The notes below the pieces were generated by a model. The model searched no databases, was not told where the DNA came from, and saw nothing but the letters and a program-made list of their open reading frames with translations. Of a stretch of 64,000 nucleotides of DNA, positions 60,004-64,000 are shown one piece after another. This stretch comes from Candidatus Bathyarchaeota archaeon (GTDB taxonomy: Archaea; Thermoproteota; Bathyarchaeia; Bathyarchaeales; Bathycorpusculaceae). Made by a program: the position numbers and the translations under genes. Position 1 is the stretch's first letter, and every line of letters starts with the position of its first letter. The stretch covers positions 32,001-96,000 of the forward strand of contig CAVTZU010000010.1 of NCBI GenBank assembly GCA_963739305.1, in the 5' to 3' direction.

Positions 60004-60684
60004 ATGTCAAGGTTCAAGACCAAAGCCAAGAAAATAGTTGAAGTCGCTGGCTTGAAATGGACCCCGATTGCAGGGAAATTTTCGACTCATCCAGATAAAG
60101 CTGGGGATTCTGGCAGAAAACTCAGCATATGCGACGCCCTTAACTTGGTCAAGCGTCGGAACCTCGTTCTTTCCCTCTCCAAGGAGAATTGTGTTTGTCC
60201 AGGTGGCAGACACTTCACTGGCCTGGAAATTGTTCCGTTAGAAACAATCGCCCCAGCCCTGATAACAAAGAGACACAAGGTCTATGAATCAACGAAAATC
60301 GCTCTGGATTCGATAAGTAAACAACCGCAGCCTGTGAATAGAGGCGAATTCCTCACGCTGGGCCCTCTTGAAAAGTTTGAGACGGATCCTGATTTTGTCT
60401 TTCTTATTGCCAACCCCGCGCAGGCTGACAGAATTCTTGGGCTGATTTCCTTCAAGGGCGCTGAGCCTTTCATGTATTATCCTTCGAGCAGCATATGCTC
60501 AACGATAACTAATGTCCTGGCGAAGGGAAGACCTGAAATTAACCTCATCTCGTTTTTTGAAAGAAGAGCGGGCAAGTGGTCTCCGAACGAGCTTGTACTT
60601 GCGATGCCTTTGAAGGATTTTGAGGCAGCAGTGGAAAATTTCTCCCGTTCTGGGTACGGACACACAGAAACATCCAAAACATGA
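60004..60684 (+). CDS. DUF169-family protein
   Basis: PIAGKF, ICDA, CPGG...G, GPL...DPDFV...NP.Q, SICS and ELVLAMP; GGAGG SD. Confidence 0.75.
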   Translation: MSRFKTKAKKIVEVAGLKWTPIAGKFSTHPDKAGDSGRKLSICDALNLVKRRNLVLSLSKENCVCPGGRHFTGLEIVPLETIAPALITKRHKVYESTKIALDSISKQPQPVNRGEFLTLGPLEKFETDPDFVFLIANPAQADRILGLISFKGAEPFMYYPSSSICSTITNVLAKGRPEINLISFFERRAGKWSPNELVLAMPLKDFEAAVENFSRSGYGHTETSKT

Positions 60685-60835
60685 ACGGGTGAGACGCTGA
60701 TCCCACCTGAGTTCGTTGCCACGCTCAAATTTTCCGAATCAAATTGAAGTTGTCCATCCAACGAAAAAAAGGCAACATCACAAATAACTTAACAGTATCC
60801 TGTTGTATAGAATGGAAAGTGTCTGAGGAGTTGCC

Positions 60836-61423
60836 TTGCCCCCGAAGAAGTTCCGCATAATCAAGCCTGAAATCCGTGTTCTTGGCGTTGATGACGGTGT
60901 GTTCGTTCCCCACTCGAAGGGTTTCGCGCCGATCATCGGAGTGGTTTTTCGGGGAGGATACTGGCTTGACGGTGTGATGAGCACCAGAGTCAAGGTGGAC
61001 GGTTTTGACGCCACGGAGAAAATCGCGCAGATGATAATGAATTCACCACACCGCAAGCAGCTGCGGGTCGTAATGCTTGACGGAGTCACGTTCGCAGGCT
61101 TCAACGTTGTCGACATTAGGAAACTTAACCGTAAAACGAACCTTCCGGTAATTGCGGTGACGCGGGACAGACCCGACTTCGCGGATATTCATAGAGCGTT
61201 GAAGAATTTGCCTGACCCCGAGAGACGCTGGAGAGCGGTTCTCAGTGCAGGAGACATCTTTGCGGTCAACACTAGAGGCAGGAAAGAGAAAGCGTACATG
61301 GAGATAAGTGGGATTCTGGAGGAAGATGCTCGGACAATTCTGAAGGTAACGTCGACGAGGAGCAGCGTGCCCGAGGCTTTGCGGGTAGCGCACCTCGTGG
61401 CTTCTGGCGTGAGCAAAGTGTAG
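60836..61423 (+). CDS. DUF99-family protein (endonuclease V-like fold)
   Basis: IRVLGVDDG, VDGFDAT, LDGVTFAGFNVVD, LPVI and PEALRVAHL. Confidence 0.85.
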   Translation: MPPKKFRIIKPEIRVLGVDDGVFVPHSKGFAPIIGVVFRGGYWLDGVMSTRVKVDGFDATEKIAQMIMNSPHRKQLRVVMLDGVTFAGFNVVDIRKLNRKTNLPVIAVTRDRPDFADIHRALKNLPDPERRWRAVLSAGDIFAVNTRGRKEKAYMEISGILEEDARTILKVTSTRSSVPEALRVAHLVASGVSKV

Positions 61424-61503
61424 CTCTGCTGTTTGCTTGAACCAGAAAACATTTAAAAGAGACCTTGCTATGGCTAATGAAACGAATAATGGGGAATGAT
61501 TCT

Positions 61504-61857
61504 ATGGAATTTTGCCCGAAATGTGGCACTCGACTTATTCCAAAAAAGACAAAGAAAGGAAAGGAAGAATCATTGGTCATGGCTTGCCCCAAGTGCGGTT
61601 ACAAGAAACCTTCTGCAGGAAAGAAGGTGGAGCCGAAAGTTGCCAAGGTGATCCAGCATAAACCGCAATCCCTCGTGGCAGTTATTGGAAAAGAAGAGCA
61701 GAAACTGAGGACGCTTCCAACCGTCAGGATAGAATGCCCAAAATGCGGGAACAACTCGGCTTACGTCTGGCAGGTACAAACAAGGGGCGCAGACGAATCT
61801 TCAACACAATTCTTGCGCTGCACGAAATGCAGCTACACATTCAGAGAATACTCGTAA
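61504..61857 (+). CDS. tfs: Transcription elongation/cleavage factor TFS (RpoM-like)
   Basis: MEFCPKCG...CPKCG and C-terminal Zn ribbon CPKCG...QTRGADES...CTKC with the catalytic DE pair; TATA ATTTAAAA at 61451. Confidence 0.93.
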   Translation: MEFCPKCGTRLIPKKTKKGKEESLVMACPKCGYKKPSAGKKVEPKVAKVIQHKPQSLVAVIGKEEQKLRTLPTVRIECPKCGNNSAYVWQVQTRGADESSTQFLRCTKCSYTFREYS

Positions 61858-62067
61858 ACAATGTGCGTCTAAGGGAGAAGTACTCACAGCAGTTTGAAGC
61901 TGAGAGAAATTAGGCTACTCTGAAGCGTATTTGAAGAACTATGATGCAAGCGCACGCTAAGGTTTCGACTATGTCACGGAGTTTGACGGAGAAAAGCTGT
62001 TCAGGAAACGCGAACAGATTACCAATTCTTTTCTTCTGGCTTTTCCCATAGAAGGAAAAAATGGAGG

Positions 62068-62988
62068 TTATGTTGGGCTTGTTATGGTTGTTTTTGGCGG
62101 CACCGCAAGCGGTGTTCTTCTTCTCGCTAAGAAGACTAGTACTCCGATGCTCATGATTAGAAAACCCAATGCGAAGATGAGCCAGGCGTATCCTTGCATC
62201 ATGAGCAAGTTGCCGCTTCCCTGCAGAATCGATGCGATGGCGTCTTCAAACGTGGACCATTTTGATGTTTCATTTGACCAAGCCTGCTGTATAGAGTCCA
62301 ACGAGTTCTTGTAGTAGGCCGCGGCTTTGCTGAAGTCTCCTCGCATATAACTGGCGCTTGCCAGTGTCTTGGCGACATTCGACTCCTGTAGCAGTTGCCT
62401 CGCGTTCGCTGTCAGAAATGGGATGCCGTTGAAATTGCTGGTCGGGTATGCGTTCACTTGTTGTTCGTAATCATTCGCCGCTGCTTGATCTGTGGAAAAC
62501 ACGGCGAAACCGTTGCCATTCATGGTCCAACTGTTTGTTATCCTTTTAGGGCCGGTTGTACTGTTCACGCTCTCCACGTAGATTGTGTAGCCATGCGTCA
62601 CCAGGTTGGATGCGAACAACGCAGACGGAACTGTGAAGTTTATCACGAAAACGTGTGCCTGAGAACTGGCGATGCCAAACGGATTATCCGGGCTGCACTC
62701 ACTTGAAGTGTAGTTTACGCCCCAATCGAAACCCACCTTCACAGCGGAAACGTTCAGCTGACCAAGATAAATGTCGTTCGAAACACCTACAACTAAAAAT
62801 GCCGACGTGTTTTCCTCATATGCTGTAACTGATGAGCCGTAGAAGGGATCATACTGGTTCCGAACAACCGTAGAGATCCAGTTGTAATTGTTAATCGAAG
62901 CCCTTCCTACTGGTGTGGTCAATCCGGCAACCAAAACAGCAGCGCACAAGACTATGCACATTGTAATTGTTATTTTCATCTTTCTCAC
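62068..62988 (-). CDS. Hypothetical secreted, C-terminally membrane-anchored protein
   Basis: Signal peptide, beta-sandwich, helical segment, TM helix followed by RRR; T-tract downstream and TATA (TTATATTAA, 63031-63039) upstream. Confidence 0.7.
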   Translation of the reverse strand: MRKMKITITMCIVLCAAVLVAGLTTPVGRASINNYNWISTVVRNQYDPFYGSSVTAYEENTSAFLVVGVSNDIYLGQLNVSAVKVGFDWGVNYTSSECSPDNPFGIASSQAHVFVINFTVPSALFASNLVTHGYTIYVESVNSTTGPKRITNSWTMNGNGFAVFSTDQAAANDYEQQVNAYPTSNFNGIPFLTANARQLLQESNVAKTLASASYMRGDFSKAAAYYKNSLDSIQQAWSNETSKWSTFEDAIASILQGSGNLLMMQGYAWLIFALGFLIMSIGVLVFLARRRTPLAVPPKTTITSPT

Positions 62989-63239
62989 GTTCTATTTGGG
63001 TTTGAACGCAATCCAAATTGTACCTCAAGGTTAATATAACTTTAGCAGCCGCGCACGCAAGGACAGAGTCTCTGGTGCGATTTGCTACAATGTTCTTCTG
63101 AGTCAACATGAGAGATGTCGCCATATGTGTTTGAAGAATTACCTCCTCAAACCCAGTTGTTCAGAACTCAAAAACAGAAAAGTCTTCTACTCTTCCTCAT
63201 ACTATATTACAGAAAATCAGTTTGGGAAATTGAAGATTG

Positions 63240-64000
63240 TTATGTCCATGATTTTCCATAGTTTGCCGCCAGAATTATGGCGTCATAGATATCTATGATT
63301 TCATCATTGTTGATGTCAACGTTTGAATCCCAAGATGATGTGGAATCGGGGAAACGTCGAAGTGATTCGCCAAGATGATTGCATCATAGATATCAACGAT
63401 CTTGTCTCCGTTGAGATCTCCCGGGATAGTGATGAAAACCCAGTTGCCGTTCATAGAATTGTCATTCAAGTCGGTTTCACCCTCTAAGGGCGCAATGCGA
63501 ACGCTCAAGCTATAGTTGCCTTTCGCCAGACTAGCAAGGTCCCAATCGCTAGAATAGATAATGGAATTGTTGCTTCTGAGCATGAATGTCTGATATCCGA
63601 TGAACGTGTCATTGGCATAGAAAGATGGCGTTGAGCTCTTCGATTTTGCTGCCCTGATTTTCAAGATAGCACAGTCACGTTTGTAGAGAATCCTTGTCCA
63701 ACGATTGTTTTTGAAGATGAAATGTTCAAAGCTGCCGCATCGGGCGGAGTCCAAGGATTCATCAATGGATAATGGTCTATGTTATTCGCATCTATGAGAT
63801 AGGGAGTGTCTCCGATTCCATCACCGCCAATCTGGTCTTGAGCTGGACCCAGATACAAGTCTGTGCCGTTGTAGTCGCTCCAGTAGTTTCCACCTGAAGG
63901 ATAGTCGTTTTTCCATATGTTTGTTGATTGCGTATACATTTGGACTTGTTGGACATTATTAATCAAGTTGTTATGGTATATCGTGTTGTTGAATGATACG
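63240..64000 (-). CDS. C-terminal part of a NosD/beta-helix surface protein with CARDB-like and dockerin-like domains (three apparent indels; 5'-truncated by the window)
   Basis: IYHNNLINN, YPSGGNYWSDY, DGIGDTPY, D.YPLM, SKTIVGQG and GETD..DN; paired GDLNGDKIVDIYDAIILA / VDINNDEIIDIYDAIILA ending at TAA 63240-63242. Confidence 0.75.

Noticed and set aside
1-64000. tRNA, rRNA, CRISPR arrays, IS elements, integrases
   Set aside because: No cloverleaf/T-loop motifs, spaced repeats, or transposase/recombinase ORFs seen by eye; small ncRNAs cannot be excluded without a covariance search.

Overview
Archaeal chromosomal window with no tRNA, rRNA, CRISPR array or mobile element that I could see. The gene set and style (S-layer type, SmAP3, Csl4/RpoL/TFS, Lrp type, NosD/dockerin-like surface proteins, MvhADG-HdrABC) suggest the TACK lineage, most likely Bathyarchaeia; this is an inference. 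Layout: (1-6.4 kb) surface-glycan cassette (membrane protein with discoidin domain, GT2, GNAT, CE4 deacetylase, two GT4) converging on a ~910-aa S-layer gene broken by two indels; (9.6-11 kb) MBL hydrolase and cofE; (11.3-25.8 kb) a complete non-archaellar type IV pilus locus (adhesin, ATPase, TadC-like platform, five minor pilins of which three lack a cleavable leader, major pilin, prepilin peptidase) followed by glmM-glmU; (28.5-37.4 kb) Lrp, SmAP3, PAC2, M28 peptidase, tgtA, PHP, beta-CASP nuclease, archaemetzincin, presenilin-like protease; (37.6-52.3 kb) ACD/Pat-GNAT fusion, then a duplicated heterodisulfide reductase-hydrogenase operon (split HdrA plus MvhD with a winged-helix-like tail, then fused 1011-aa HdrA, MvhD, HdrC, HdrB, MvhG, MvhA, maturation protease); (52.3-62 kb) mostly housekeeping genes (Zn-finger GNAT, divergent dcd, rpl10e, ppsA, dph2, METTL5, csl4, rpoL, RNase III-like, DUF169, DUF99, tfs); (62-64 kb) surface proteins. 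At least seven apparent single-base indels in four otherwise intact genes point to assembly or sequencing error. The most interesting candidates are the duplicated Hdr/MvhD-wHTH module and the pilus locus with leaderless minor pilins.
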